Source of the DNA: Tubiluchus corallicola
Taxonomy: Eukaryota; Animalia; Priapulida
Length of the DNA: 64,000 nt
Assembly (NCBI GenBank): GCA_030141605.1
Contig: JAQGDQ010000767.1
Location: 35,566 to 99,565, forward strand
Direction: 5' to 3'
Shown here: piece after piece, positions 13,901 to 28,300 of the stretch
Numbering within the stretch: position 1 is the stretch's first letter
Layout: the number at the start of each line of letters is the position of its first letter
The notes under the pieces: model-generated
The model's database searches: none
What the model saw: only the letters and a program-made list of their open reading frames with translations
Told to the model about the DNA's origin: nothing
Made by a program: the position numbers and the translations under genes

Positions 13901-15741
13901 TTCTGCGCAGAAAAATACTCAACATCTCCTAACTCAAAATATCGCCTAGCTCAAAGTTTTATCAGTCTGGTTGAACTTGAGTTATACAGAGTTTACTGTA
14001 TGAGTAGCGTTGTTTAAATGAATGTGGTGTTGTGAACTAAAACTGGCACCTTTAATCAAATACTAAAGGGGGCGAAATGGAAATTTTAAAGAGAGTCCCA
14101 AGAAACTTTCTGTAAAAAGTTGTGTTAGTTACTATCATACTTATCTGCTTAACAAACTTGCATAGCAGGACAAGGCAATTCTTGATAGTTTAAAATGTTT
14201 GTCCCAAGTAATAAAACGTCACCGTTTCCTTATCCCGGTGGTCATCATTGGCTCACAAAAACACATTATTGATCTTATTGACAATGTGAATAAAGTAATT
14301 TAAACTTTCGCTTAGTTCACGGAGAGTGGCGCAAGGAATGCACTGATTACTTTTTCAAACTTTACGCAATGTTATCTGGACTTGTTTGAAATGACTTACC
14401 GCTAAAAAGGCTGCGCCTAACGGTCATCGCAGGTGTTTAAACTTTGAAGTTTTGTACAGTGTTACTACTAATGCAAACTCTGCAAGCAATGAGAACATGT
14501 AGGTGATATAAAATTTCATGACAAATTTTTTAAGGTTTACTTATGAATGGTGTTTTCTTGTCCTTTAACCCTTTCACTACGTAGTTGCTTTTTAACTGGG
14601 CCGCATTGGCTTTTGTATGTTTCACAATAACTTCTTGTGGTGTGTTACTAAAACACAATCTCGTACATAAACAAATAGCAATTTGTTATTAAACATTAAT
14701 ATTAAATACTAGTATTATTTATACATATGCGCACACATCTGCTGACACATACATGCACTCATGCACACACGCATGTGCACACCCATTTAAATAAGCACAT
14801 GCTTATATTTAGAGGCCAATTTTCACAAAAGACATAACACTAATCCATAAAAAGTGATAATTTTATAAGAAATGCAGAACAATCAACTAAACGTATGTTT
14901 CACCAACTATCAACAAACAATTTTGCGCGAGAATGTACTATACTGTACAGTATTGTGGAATGCACCTGGCTTCAGATGCTGATTGGCTGGTTAGTGTTAC
15001 TTGCTGCGAAGCAACACCAATCCCACGACTGTTGAAGTTTTCTACAAAATTTTTGCATGGTCGTAGCAGTGAAATTTTAGCAAAAAACTAAAACTATAAT
15101 ATGTAAACCTACTCCTATGACCGTCTCTCTCCAAACTGTTTTTAGCACTATCCTGTTCTTACTGACCTACCTAACTTTTCCTTTTTCACAATTATTAAAT
15201 AATTCTTTTCTCTCTAGTACAAACTACATTACTAACAATTGCCACGTGCCACTAGCTGGTCGGCTGCTGCTTTGCGATGTACTTCAGTACAACCTAAAGA
15301 CATGTGCTCGCACCTAGCATAACCTCTTTGGTTATCGCATTTCAAGGACCAATTTTTACATTGGTTTTCATAAACAATAAACACACCCAGGCGACCGTGC
15401 TTAGTAGAGAACTGAGGCGGCAGTCTACCACTTTCCGTCCCTTGCATGAAAAACACAGTGCAGAGTGAAAGGTTTAAACCGAAACCAAAATTCCTGCTTT
15501 CCGCATGTATTCACAAGCAAAGCTGTATTTATTTTCAGTGCTCGTCATGGGAATCTCCCTCTTAATCTTCGGTTTGGAAATTCACCTGAACAAATATTCG
15601 CAAGCGCTGAGAATGGGGACGATGCGTCGGACGCTGGGATGGGCGTACTGGATGATGGTCTGTTCGTGGGTGTTCACCGTGTCGTCGGTTGCCACCATGT
15701 TTGTCACGCACAAGCGAATAACTAATGTGGAAGAAGAATAG
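10582..15741 (+). CDS. Claudin/PMP22/EMP-superfamily tetraspan protein, paralogue B (195 aa, 3 coding exons: 10582-10807, 13158-13316, 15539-15741)
   Basis: Same exon phases and identical 159-nt middle exon as paralogue A. Motifs VTEW...KYGLWREC...DCRW, WFIACQIMFTI and LGWAYWMM. Acceptor gctag lies 5 nt before the ATG. Confidence 0.88.
10929..11196. repeat. (GA)n / purine-rich microsatellite
   Basis: Direct reading. Confidence 0.95.
11700..12320. repeat. Degenerate ~150-200-bp repeats with a ccatcttgaattcaagatgg-like palindrome (4 copies)
   Basis: Recurrent ccatcttga...aaaatcc...gtcagtcgatgcagaatt. Confidence 0.55.
12511..12993. mobile_element. hAT (Charlie-like) MITE
   Basis: TIRs caggggtgtgcaaatt / aatttgcacacccctg; perfect 8-bp TSD CTCCAACC; subterminal ggcccgc motifs. 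Confidence 0.88.
13507..13998. mobile_element. pogo/Tigger-like MITE
   Basis: TA|cagtaaactccgcataa ... ttatacagagtttactg|TA; internal taactcaaa motifs. Confidence 0.78.
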
Positions 15742-15849
15742 CAGGCTATTGTAGGAGCTCGGCGTGCCTGTTCCGGGAAAAACAGAAGTTTCTTTAGTTA
15801 TTTGGAGGACATGTTATCTGGAAACGTTTAACTTTCTCGTACAGAAAAA

Positions 15850-16010
15850 GCTTTTTAGAAAAGAATTATAAAATCTTGAGAATTAATTTAATTTTGAATA
15901 AGAACACTCATTTTTACAAAAGAATTATAAAATCATGAGAATTAATTTGATTTTCAATAAGAACACTCATTTTTAGAAAAGAATTATAAAATCATGAGAA
16001 TTAATTTAAT
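15850..16010. repeat. ~57-bp tandem repeat x3 in the 3' region of paralogue B
   Basis: tttttagaaaagaattataaaatcatgagaattaattt... Confidence 0.85.
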
Positions 16011-16619
16011 TAACGTATTAACGAGGTGCATTAATACATAGATCTGTAGGCAAATATGGACAGTTTGTTTTGCCAAATATCTGGGCATTAAGAGAGGCAT
16101 TAAATTTTGGGGGGGGGGGGAATAAGGAGGTTTGCAGTATGGGGAAATATACTTTTGTTTTATTGTGAACTTTGCTGTCCTTTAGATGGCCATCTTTGTT
16201 AAGCATTAAGTAACTTTTCTGTACAAATAATGAATATGTATGATTACCATCAGTTCCTAAGAATTCTGCTGCGTCTTCGTCTCTTTATAACTAGATAGGT
16301 TCATGAAATGAAAACCAACTTTGGGACGGGAAGGTCACAAATGTCTATTGTGTTTAAGCACGATATGTTCTTCTTTGAAGGTATTTAAACTTAGTTATTA
16401 TAAGCGTGTGAATTTATTCTATGTTTATGCAGTGAAAACGTCTATGATTTAAGAAGGTGTCTTCACTTTGGCCTGAGTTTCCAGTTTCTAACTTCCTTTT
16501 TTCTGAAAAACCGCAAAAAAATCAAACAATGACTTTTACCAAGGTATTTTTGTAATGTTTACGATATGCTGTTGTGATTGTGTCTTTTTGCATTATATTT
16601 TGTGAATGTTAGTCAAAGT

Positions 16620-17243
16620 TGTCGTATATTTTACATTAGACGTGTCGCTGTTAAACGGTGTTGTAATTATAATTATGAGTGTTATTCTCATTGTTCCATC
16701 CATCTTACAAGTGACAAAATTTGAATCTCTCTATTTGTCTCCGTCGTCGTATATTTTACATTAGACATATCGCTGTTAAACGGTGTTGTAATTTATAATT
16801 ATGAGTGTTATTCTCATTGTTCCATCCATCTTACAAGTGACAAAATTTGAATCTCTACTTCTCTCCGTCGTCGTATATTTTACATTAGACATATCGCTGT
16901 TAAACGGTGTTGTAATTTATAATTATGAGTGTTATTCTCATTGTTCCATCCATCTTACAAGTGACAAAATTTGAATCTCTACTTCTCTCCGTCGTCGTAT
17001 ATTTTACATTAGACATATCGCTGTTAAACGGTGTTGTAATTTATAATTATGAGTGTTATTCTCATTGTTCCATCCATCTTACAAGTGACAAAATTTGAAT
17101 CTCTACTTCTCTCCGTCGTCGTATATTTTACATTAGACATATCGCTGTTAAACGGTGTTGTAATTTATAATTATGAGTGTTATTCTCATTGTTCCATCCA
17201 TCTTACAAGTGACAAAATTTGAATCTCTCTATTTGTCTCCGTC
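16620..17243. repeat. ~124-bp tandem repeat x5, nearly identical copies
   Basis: gtcgtatattttacattagac recurs at 16621, 16746, 16870 and onward. Confidence 0.95.
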
Positions 17244-17524
17244 CATCTTGGTTAAAAATTTGTTACAAATTTTTATCGCTCGTTCCTGCCTACATCGATC
17301 TAATTGTTGTTTAATGTTTTTGCTGGTTGAGTGAGATTTAAACACTTTATTGTGTTTATTGACTCAGTTTGATGTATTTTCTTTCGTTAGGATGAATCAT
17401 GCTGTAAATGTTCCGTCCCGTGTGATTTCAAATCTTGACAAAAGGTTATTAATTATGTAAGTGACCTAATGGGCGAAATCTTATTGTTCTTATATGAAGT
17501 GACTTTTAATATGCATTTATTGCT

Positions 17525-18300
17525 TAGGCTTTGTTCACACATTCTCTTGTTTAGGCTGTGTTTAAACATTCTATTGTTTAGGCTGTGTTTACACATTCTA
17601 TTGTTAGGCTATGTTTACACATTCTGCTGTTAGGCTATGTCCACACATTCTATTGTTAGGCTATGTTCACACATTCTATTGTTTAGGCTATGTTCACACA
17701 TTCTGCTGTTAGGCTGTGTTCACACATTCTGTTGTTAGGCTATTTTCACACATTCTGTTGTTAGGCTGTGTTCACACATTCTGTTGTTAGGCTGTGTTCA
17801 TACTTTCTGTTGTCTGTGTTCATACTTTCTGTTGTTAGGCTATGTCCACATATTCTATTGTTAGGCTATGTTCACACATTCTGTTGTTAGGCTGTGTTCA
17901 TACTTTCTGTTGTTAGGCTATGTCCACATATTCTATTGTTAGGCTATGTTCACACATTCTGTTGTTAGGCTGTGTTCACACATTCTATTGTTAGGCTGTG
18001 TTCACACATTCTGTTGTTAGGCTGTGTCCACACATTCTATTGTTAGGCTATGTTCACACATTTTGTTGTTAGGCTATGTTCACACATTATATTGTTTAGG
18101 CTATGTTCACACATTCTGTTGTTAGGCTATGTCCACACATTCTATTGTTAGGCTGTATTCACACATTCTGTTGTTAAACTGTGTTCACACATTCTATTAT
18201 TGGCTGTGTTCATACATTCTATTGTTCGGCTGTGTTCACACATTTTTTTGTTCAGCTGTGTTCACACATTCTATTTTTTAGGCAGCATTCACACATTCTT
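17525..18300. repeat. 26-bp minisatellite (ttaggctgtgttcacacattctgttg, ~29 copies)
   Basis: Direct periodicity. Confidence 0.95.
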
Positions 18301-21300
18301 GTTCAGCAACAAAAATACAACAAAATAATGTACATTATGTTAATGATATGGACCATTTGCTACATGTTTATTCGTCATCTTGAACGCATTTCTTGCTAGC
18401 TAGCGGGATGTGCTGGAGTTCTACATCCATCTGCTCATTCTGATTCATTTATTTGTCAGCCTGCAAGCATGTGAACGCTGCAGTAGATTGTTGTGACTGC
18501 ATAGTTACTGTACAAGTTAATGCAGCTTAACTTTAACCGTCCTTATACCGTATGCACATGACATCCTAATGTGTATTTTTGCCTATCGTGAAATTCAATT
18601 ACTGACATGTAACTTGCCAAAAATTGGACCCAAATGTTACTTCACATCCTCTTCAAGTGAAATCCGACCAAATGTTTGGATTTTTGAAACATTCTGATGA
18701 GTGGTAAAATTTCTTTGGTTAGTGGGGGAGGTGATGGTTATTTTTAAACAGAAGTTTCGTTGGTCGATGGGAGGCGACAGTTATTTTCGAACACACTTGT
18801 ACTTAGATGTAAGCGAAACATTCAGTAGTCGATTTTAATTCATTGCATACATTTTTAGTTGGTGTGAATGTGCCTTTAGCAGTAGCATTTCAGCTTGTCG
18901 TTTGACACTCTTACCCGTAACACCATCACAGTGTTCTTATAGCATTCGCTTTAAAAAATCTTCTTTTTCACCAACTTTTATTTGTACAGAAATAACAAAT
19001 TTACTAAACTTATCAAAACAGTAAACAATATCTATCACATGAATTAGAATGTGTTTCCTTTAATCCAAGTCTGACTTTATGCAGCTATATTTTTTTAGTA
19101 TTTTACATTTCTAACTTTTACAGAGATTATATCTTTTATCCAGAGTTTATCGTGGGTTGTTTACTTGTTTGTTTGTATACTGTAATTAGATTCAGATGTT
19201 GTAATATCAACTGTTTTATACATGCGTGTAGTATAGGTTGTATTGTTAGTCAGAGTATTAGAGATCATACTGGGTGGCCCATTAAAAATGATATGAAGGT
19301 TGTATTATTAGTCAGAGTATTAGAGATCATACTGGGTGGCCCATTAAAAATGAAGCATTTTTTTCAGGCTGTACTGCTGTTTTCTTGTGTTAAGCAGTTT
19401 TTATCATAATAACCATTTTGTGTGTAAAGTAGATTTGGTGTTTCTTGTGAAATCAGCTATGATTGGCACTTGTTCTGAAATCAGTTATAACTGGTGTTTG
19501 TTATGAAATATTTCCAAACTTTTTGAATGTGATTTCTTCTGATTTTGCCAGGAATATATAGAGTGTTTATTGTTAATACTTAAAGGCAAATCAAATTAAA
19601 AGTGTTGGTACAATTGTGCCATTGTAATTGGTCAGAACATGGAAATAAAACTGTACATTTCAGAACGAAATCGTGTAACTAAAATAATTCTACAGCTTAC
19701 ACTAAAAACGTGTTTAGCACTTGCCAATTGTTCATTTGTGTTAAGTGAAAATTTGTCATTTTTTGTGGGCCACCATGTAGCATAATAATAATAACTGATA
19801 TTACTTTTAAAATACTATTTTTAGCTTAGAGAATTTATGGAGTTAGCTACATAAGCTATACAATATAATACTGTATAATATAATATAATGTACAGTGCAT
19901 TAGAATATTGTATGTCACATATATTTTTGTCTGATGATTTACTAACTAATATCATCTTAAACAATTGTTAAAAACTTGCATTTCTGTAAGCTACCTTGTA
20001 TTCATCTTTATTTAACATTTTTCTTCTTTCTGACGTTAATGTATGAAGTTAACAATTATCTAGATTCACTGCAAATTTTGCTCTTACCGTAAACATAACC
20101 TAATCATGTATATTGCAGTAACAATGCATATATCTTTTATTGATCTGCAGATATCATTAATTATGAATGACTATTACAGATGCTGTACGGTGCTCAGTTT
20201 TGTCTAGGCAACAGAATATCACCTTCGTTTTCTCCCCGAATTTCTAATGAGTCGTGAATTTTATAATAATTCTGGCATAAATATTTAATTTCAAATAAAT
20301 ATTGTCGTATAAAAATAACATCTATTACGAATTTGTTGTCACAAGTAAAATGTATTCTACAGTAGTTTCTAGTCCAAAAGTAATATGCAAAAACAGTAAA
20401 CAGTTGATATTTTATACGGTGATATATTTATCATACAATACGTAATCATGGACGGCACGGGGATCACAATAGTACAGAGATTCAAAACAAAATTCTAATC
20501 TGCTTCCTAAACAATTCAAACAGCTGTTTTTATCTCACTGAAAAAGCAATACTTGTAAATAGATAGGTTAAACATGCACCAGCTTATAAGCTCCATTTTT
20601 GTATCAACAGATGTCAGCACTTCATGCATATTACATTGTTTAAACTAACTTTTATATGATTACCACTGTTTACACACTGATGTTGTCATCTGCTAAAATT
20701 AGTGTTGAACTAATACCTCGCTTAAGTGTTAACTAGTAGCCGTGAACTTGACCTGGTAAAATAAACAGTATACCATCATGCTACCAGAATTATTCATCAC
20801 ACAGAAATTGTGAAAAACAATAAAAAAAATGAAAAGAAATGAACAGTTAAATAGCTTTCCTAACCAAAGCTAGGCGTAGAATGATGCCAAAATCTAGTAC
20901 CAGCCAATTTTAAAGTAGAAACAATGTAAAGTAACAATGTGGAATTGTAATTTTTTTCCCTTAAGATAACCGAATCATTTATTCCCATAAGAAATAATGT
21001 AAAACGAAAAGCAAATAATCCGTTTTCAAGCACCAAATGAACTGTAAAGTATTACTAAAATAAAATATAATAATGTAAAAATGTTTATTTAAACAGTAGA
21101 TATGATATAACTGACCAGAAAAACATAATAGAATTACTTAGAAAGAAAAACAAAATTATTCCTGCATAAAAAACCTTGCAATGTTGGTAGCAGTGTGATG
21201 GCAGCAACATCAGAAACACGTGCGTGACAACTCTCGGGTGTGGTCGGTTACGCTCGGCTATACTCGGCGCGGCGCGCATGCGTTCATCGCGTGTTGGGTC

Positions 21301-22339
21301 GAGTAGAAAAATTCTGGTCCGAGAATGGAGACAATTTCAGCTCGAATTTCTGGTCGAAAACCGAGTTGTACGAGTACGGGGACGTTCGAAAGCGGATACT
21401 TTTACTGGGACTTTGCTAGTACACAAATAACATTCACGACATTAATACACAATACAATAATAAAAGTAGAATAGATATTGTTTTTCTTTCCACGTAACTG
21501 AGATAATGAAATTTTTTGAATCTGTTGTATAGTAGTTATTGATGCGATGCCCTGTCTCATTGCACAACCTTCAGAGATACTGTGGAGAACATGCTAATTA
21601 GACGATTAATTTTTAACAACAAACGAGTTCAAACACTTCAACGACTGGTTATAATTGTATATTAAAGAAACAGTAAACACAGAAAATGCAATCAATAATG
21701 ATGCACTGTTCTAAACACCAAAGGAATTAGAAAAATGTGACAGAGTCTTAAAACGCCACTACTCCGTCTTCTACAGACACGTGCGTGTTGAAACAATAGG
21801 CGGTCACGTGACCATTCTGACTGATTGCGTCAGTACAGTTCAGTTATGGCACAGAACACCTATAAGTTAAAAATCAGGTACAGTAGTGAGAATGCAATGA
21901 GTTTACTGTGAACAATACAATAATAATATTGATAAATCTTTATTTCGTATCTAAGATACAGTACATCATAAAAACGTTACAGTATAATACAATAAAATTA
22001 CAATACAATCAAATTCAATCTAAAATAAATTACAACATATACAATAACACAGTCTCTTTTATACAGAAACACACCAATTTCTGCAAGTTGGCATACCTAA
22101 ATAGTTGCTAACATATTCACACCTGTTACCTGCTGTTTATTACGTGGGTGTTATAATATCCTGCACTTGTAGTCAAGATGTTACCTGTTTGCACAACGTA
22201 CATTGCACTATGGATTTAGTTTGTTCACTACAGTTCTAGTTTTAGTGAATTATTATCATTTACAATAAATGCAAATTGAAAAAGAACTGAAACATTCAAA
22301 TATTCGTAATTGGCACCCAACCAGGTTGTCTGTAGCAAC

Positions 22340-25300
22340 ATGTTGCGTAAGTTGCGTCGACACCCGGTATTGCTAGCTTTCTTGTACATTAGCTCAGTTC
22401 TTGTGATGCATAAACTCATTGCTGGCGACGTATCCATTCATATTAATGATAAGTTATTCATTGAAAAAAGGAGCGGCACATTGTCGAAAATTACCACCGG
22501 AATCACTATGCTAACCGCGCCTTTCAGCAGTTGGACTGTTCAGCCTCTTCAGCCTCTTCGGTTAGTTTTGACGAACTCAAAGCCAAAACGTGCCGACACT
22601 ATCATAATGATAGAGGCGACAAATACTACTACTCAAAATCACACCTTTGACGATGCAAAACGTTCCAATTTGGTTTCACCAGATGAGCCTCGGAAAGTTG
22701 TTTGTGGTAACAAGACTTTAATTGTGGAGTAAGTACTTAAAAATTACTAACATGCTTAAAACTTAGTAAAGCCCTGAAACCTAAAGTACTTATTAACATT
22801 TTACTGCTATAAGTGTTATGAGTGTGGAGAAAGTACTATTTAACTTTCTAGAACCCTTAATACTTACTAAAGCAGGGAAAACTTGTTAACATTTTACTGC
22901 TGTAAGTGCTGACGAGTGTGGAATAAGTGCCACTTAATTTACTAAAGTACTTAAAATTTACTAAAGTACGAAAACGTATTAACATTTTGCTGCTAGAAGT
23001 ACTATGAGTGTGGAGAAAGTGCTATTTAACATACTAAAGTACGAAAACTCATTAACATTTCATTGCTTTAAGTGCCGTGAGTGTGGAGCAAATGCCATTT
23101 AACTCACTAAACTACCGAAAATCATTAGCATTATTTTCTACTATAAATATCAATACTTTTTATAAACTTTGGTTACTGCAAACTGGAAGCCATAAGACAG
23201 TGACAGGGAATACTTCTTGTGGATGTTTGTAGCAGGGCCAGAATCTAGGTCGTTATCAAAACTAATCCTCTGAGATGAAACACTGAACCAACTGAAGAGT
23301 CTCAGCATTGTTCGGATATGAATGCATTGACGCATTGATGAATGGTTTTACTCATATCTTTGCACTTCGGGAAGAGTATCTTCGCACACAAATAATTATT
23401 TAGTGAAGTTATAATACAGGCTGTTCCAAAAGAAATAGCGCACTAACAAATGCTATAAGCAGGCTGCATAAGATTATGGATATCCATAAAATAAGACCAA
23501 AAATCCATAAAATAAAATTTCAAAAATCCAAAAAATAAGCTATTTTATTTATTTTATGCATATCCATAATCTTATGCACCCTGGCTATAAGCATACCTAT
23601 ATTACAGCATAGAGAATGCAGTAAGTCTGTATATTTCTCCAGGATATTTCTATAGTATTGCTTATTTTGGAACAACCTGTACGTAGAACGCATGAGCTTT
23701 ATAGAGCATTGCAATGAAAACTACTATGGCACCCAGTATTCATCTATATTTTTTTGCGATTTGTTCAGCTCATTTCTACTATAGCACTTCTTTTAGAACA
23801 CCCTGTAGGTAAAGTGTACAAGCTATGTAGAGCGTCGGAGTACCGCTTCTTTTAGAACACTGTGTGTAGAATATATAACGTAAACACCAGTCTGTGTGAA
23901 GTGTGTGAAGCAGCACCCCACTAATTTTAACTTACGAGCCGCCCCTGCCGTTGTGGAAGAAAAGTTTCTATTAAAAAGCCAGTTTTCTAGTCATTGATAC
24001 TCTGTGATTTCATTTCAATCATCAAATCTTTTTACTTCAGCCCAGTTCCGGGAGGTCCGGGAGACATGGGCAAGCCAATAATGACAAAGAAGGAGGAACT
24101 GACGCCCGAACAACGTCATCTCTATAATCGCGGCATAGCCAAAAATGGTTTTGATGAGTATTTGAGTGACCAGATATCTTTACGTAGGCGTTTACCTGAT
24201 ATGCGACATCCAGAGTAAGTTAGTACTAGTTTCTTGCTTGTCAGGGGAAGTAAATTGCTATAATTACATTGTAATTTCTTAATTTTTACTTTATATAGTA
24301 ATGCATTTTTTGGATTTACTATTGCGCTTGACTAAGCTGTTCATGAGCCATAGATATAATAACACCTTGATTAGTGAACTCGTTGGGCAAGTTTAGGGGA
24401 TGGAGCAGAATGGAGCAAAAGAGAGTTGTCAGATTAGCAGAAAGCGAGAATTCTGGCGCGGAAATTTGTTCCTTTATTTTGTTATGAACTACTTGCTTTT
24501 ATATTAAACTTTTGTGAATTTGTACCCAAGAAGTTAGAAGTATGTCAGCTCTACAAACTGTAACATTACTCCTTTTTGTCTTAAATTTCAATGGTTTCCA
24601 CTATACCATCATTGCCACCATTCATTCGTTACAGCCATCATAATCTTGTGAACTTATTAAAGCAAATGAGGCCAACATGATTAACGGCAGCAACGCGGTC
24701 ATATGTTTATCAACTGAAGGTGCTTTTGTGGTGTTATTTTTAGCTGTTTGAAGCAATCCTACGTGAAGAACTTACCCACGGTCAGCGTGATCATTGTATT
24801 CCACGAGGAGGCGCTGTCTGTTTTACTGCGGACCGTACACAGCGTCTTGGACAGATCTCCGGCTGACATCCTACACGAGATAATACTTGTAGATGATTTT
24901 TCTAAGAGAAGTAAACCTTAAATTTCATTTTTTGTAAAAAGAATGTAAACAGTCCATATTACTATGTGTATATGCATATATATCCATAAACGTTGGTTAT
25001 TGTTGTGACCATTTTATGCACTTTGGTGTGATATAAACGAAGCTGTAATTCAGCATTTAGCATTTTTGCTGGGAAGTAAATAGATCTTTTCTTAAAGAGT
25101 TAAACAGCCAGAATCGGCACGGCGAGTTAAACTTTCCAGAGTAAGTATTTAAGTTAGGTTGTCACCAACTATTCACTCACCAGGTTTAATTTTGGTCACA
25201 GTGAACACTTGGCTGTATACCCCGTCTTATGCCAGCTGTTGTTTTTTGCTTAATGCATTGATATTGTTGTTGCAACTCCTACTGTTGAAATCACTGTCAT

Positions 25301-28300
25301 GGAAATCACGACAAGTGGACGGTCTGGCATATTGCCAGCTGTGACAGCAGCAACAATGGCAACAATATAAACAAGAGCTTCCGTTACTGAGGCCATTGTG
25401 ACAACCTGCTAAATGTGTAGTACCAGTAGACAATGTGACTCTGAGTATCTTGAAGTATTTGTTTCTAAACTTGGTAGTAAATATTGTCACTGTGAGTATA
25501 GGAGAGTATTGGTTTCAAAACCAGTTTCTTACCAGCAAAAATCTTTGCATCTTATTGGTATAGATTTTTGTCTTAATTATGTGCTGATTAGTATTGGCTA
25601 AAACATATCTTGAAACGTGGTCTTGACATTTGTTCTACTTTGTACAGGAAAAACTTAATTTTGCTGTGCCTGGTAGATACGTTGTCGCCTGTTTTCCTCT
25701 CTTTCCGAGGAGCTATAAAATTTCCTCCGAGATCCCCACCAAGCACCTCTAGGTCGTTTTTAGATGGAGTAAAATTAGACATTTCTGGAGGTTTTGCTCG
25801 CTGTTCTCAGAGAAACTTCCTCCAAAAAAATGTCATAACAGTCTATAGGGGGTCTTGGAGAGAAACTCATCGATCTTTGGAAAGAGGAGAAATCGGGCCA
25901 TGTGATGAAGTGGATCTCTTTTACCAGGATGAAAGGCTTGGGGTTAGATTTGGGGAAAGTCTTTCTCCGGATTACTCTGTAATTTATTTGAACTTGAATT
26001 GTTCTTTCATTATCTGGTGACAGAGAGCTGCTACTTTTTACAGGTCATACAAACAAACCCCTGGAAGAATATGTGAGTACGATGAAAAAAGTAAAGATTG
26101 TCAGAGCGAGCAAAAGAGAAGGTCTTATTCGAGCTCGGCTAATAGGAGGGAAACATGCCTCGGGAGAAGTCCTAGTCTATCTGGATTCACATTGCGAGTG
26201 TACAGAAGGTAAGCTTCTCTTGAGTAGTTATCTGTTCGGGTATTTTTGTTGGCTAATCACGTGGTCTAGAGGGCAGATCGTTCACTTCACTCTTAGGAAA
26301 TTTTCTCTATACTTGTTTTGGAGGTGTAACTTTGGGTGTGGTTTGCATTTTTGTAGTCAGTTTGATTGTTTGTCATTAAAGGAAACTTTTTTCATGGTTT
26401 TTGACAATGTCCAATTGACAATCGTATCTTATACAGGTTGTACCTAAAATTTTGCCAAAGGTTTACATCATTTAGCAAACGTCTTAATGCATATGTAGTC
26501 TAGATAGCTTTTGTCTTTTTTAGATATACATTTTAAGATTTTTTTTGTTCTTTTTTTAGTTGAGGAAATTTTTAAAGTTTGGTCTATACAGTGTTCCCTC
26601 ACTTATGGCGGTGTTCCATTCCAGGCCCACCCGCGATAAGTGAATTTCCGCGATGTAGGGACGCTATACTCATTTAATACTTACAGTTTTGGATGGCATC
26701 GTAGGGTTTGAATAAATTCTGTCTCTAACAAAAATTTCACAAATAGCGTACAAGAAAACAAATTGCAGGGTACCTCAGCCAATCAGCGACTGGGATACAG
26801 ATCAGCATTATCTGGTTGGTCGCTTTCCATCAATCAACCAATTGTGTGTTGTGTACAATCTCACGTCGGTACGTAGCGTCTCAAGCGGGCGCAAGTACTA
26901 CATTTCGTTTTTGATGTGTATTCATCCGCCGAATAAATACACTATTTACTGTAACTGATAATGCTTCATACAGACAGAAGAAGTGTAAAATCGTTTAGCT
27001 TCTACCGCACGAGTTTTTTCCTGCAGGCTGGCTTCCAGCACTTATTGACCCCATCGCGCGGAACAACCGGACCGTTACCGTTCCCGTCATTCCCGTCATT
27101 GGTACTAAAGACTTTGCTTTCGAAAATTCAGCACTTCCAGAGAACATTCAGGTGGGAGGCTTTGCCTGGACACTCATTTTCAACTGGCATGTTTTGCCAC
27201 CAGGGGAACAGCAGCGCCGGGTTTCTGAAGGCCTTACAAGCGTCGACCCAATCAGGTACGCCAAAATTTAGTGGTCCTTTTATTCATTACAATGGAGAAG
27301 GACGATAGGTGAACAAATTTAGTGAATTAAATTGTAATTGGATGAGTATAAATTTTACTGATCTGTAAGGATTAGATAAGGAAACGATAGTGTTAAGATC
27401 TCTTATGTTCGTAACCAAGATGTAGAGTTTATAGTAAAACTAGTAGACTTATAGGAGTTCACGCCAAATTGACCAAGGATTAAAAACCCTTACACTATTT
27501 AAAGAGGTGCACTTTCTCAGTGCTTCCATAATGCGTGGATTTTTTTTAAGTTCGCGCAGTGTATCTCCTGTATCTTGCATGTTAGGACTCAAAATAATGC
27601 ATACAATCAACATCAGAGGTAGTATAAAACAGACAGAAATTTTATTATAAGAACAAGGTATAAAATTATCTTAAAAAATTTTAACATCAGCTAAAATTCG
27701 AATAAGTTTTGCTTTTAACGGCCTTTCCAATTGTAACGACGGGTTTACGCTAGTGAGTTTTCACTTGTGAACACTCCCTGAGAGTAAACTCAGCAATTCT
27801 CAGAAAGTTTGCAAAAACTTGCCGACACAACTCGCAGAGTCCGCGATAAACTTGCGAGCTTCTGGTCAGAGGGAAAACTCACGAGAGAAAACTGTCTAGT
27901 CTAAACGCGCCATTAGTATGATGAGCAAGATTACATTGGTGTGCATTATGCGTATTATTTGAGACTTAATGAGTGCCAAGCTGATTGGCAAAGTTTGATT
28001 GGTAAGGGTAAGTTCATACTGGGTACCTTGAATGCATTTTCTCATGCATGGAGGCTTTGGTCGCATGTTTGCATGTTAAATGTACCCAATACTAACGTAT
28101 TGTGGGAGACGGTACTCGATAGTAATGTATTATGGGAGACGGTACCTAATACTAACGTATTATGAGAGACGGATCCCAATACTAACGTTTTATGGGGGAC
28201 AGTACCCGATAATAACGTATTATGGGGGACGGAGCCCGATACTAATGTTTTATGGGAGACGGTACCCAATACTAACGTATTATGGGGGATGGTACCCAAT

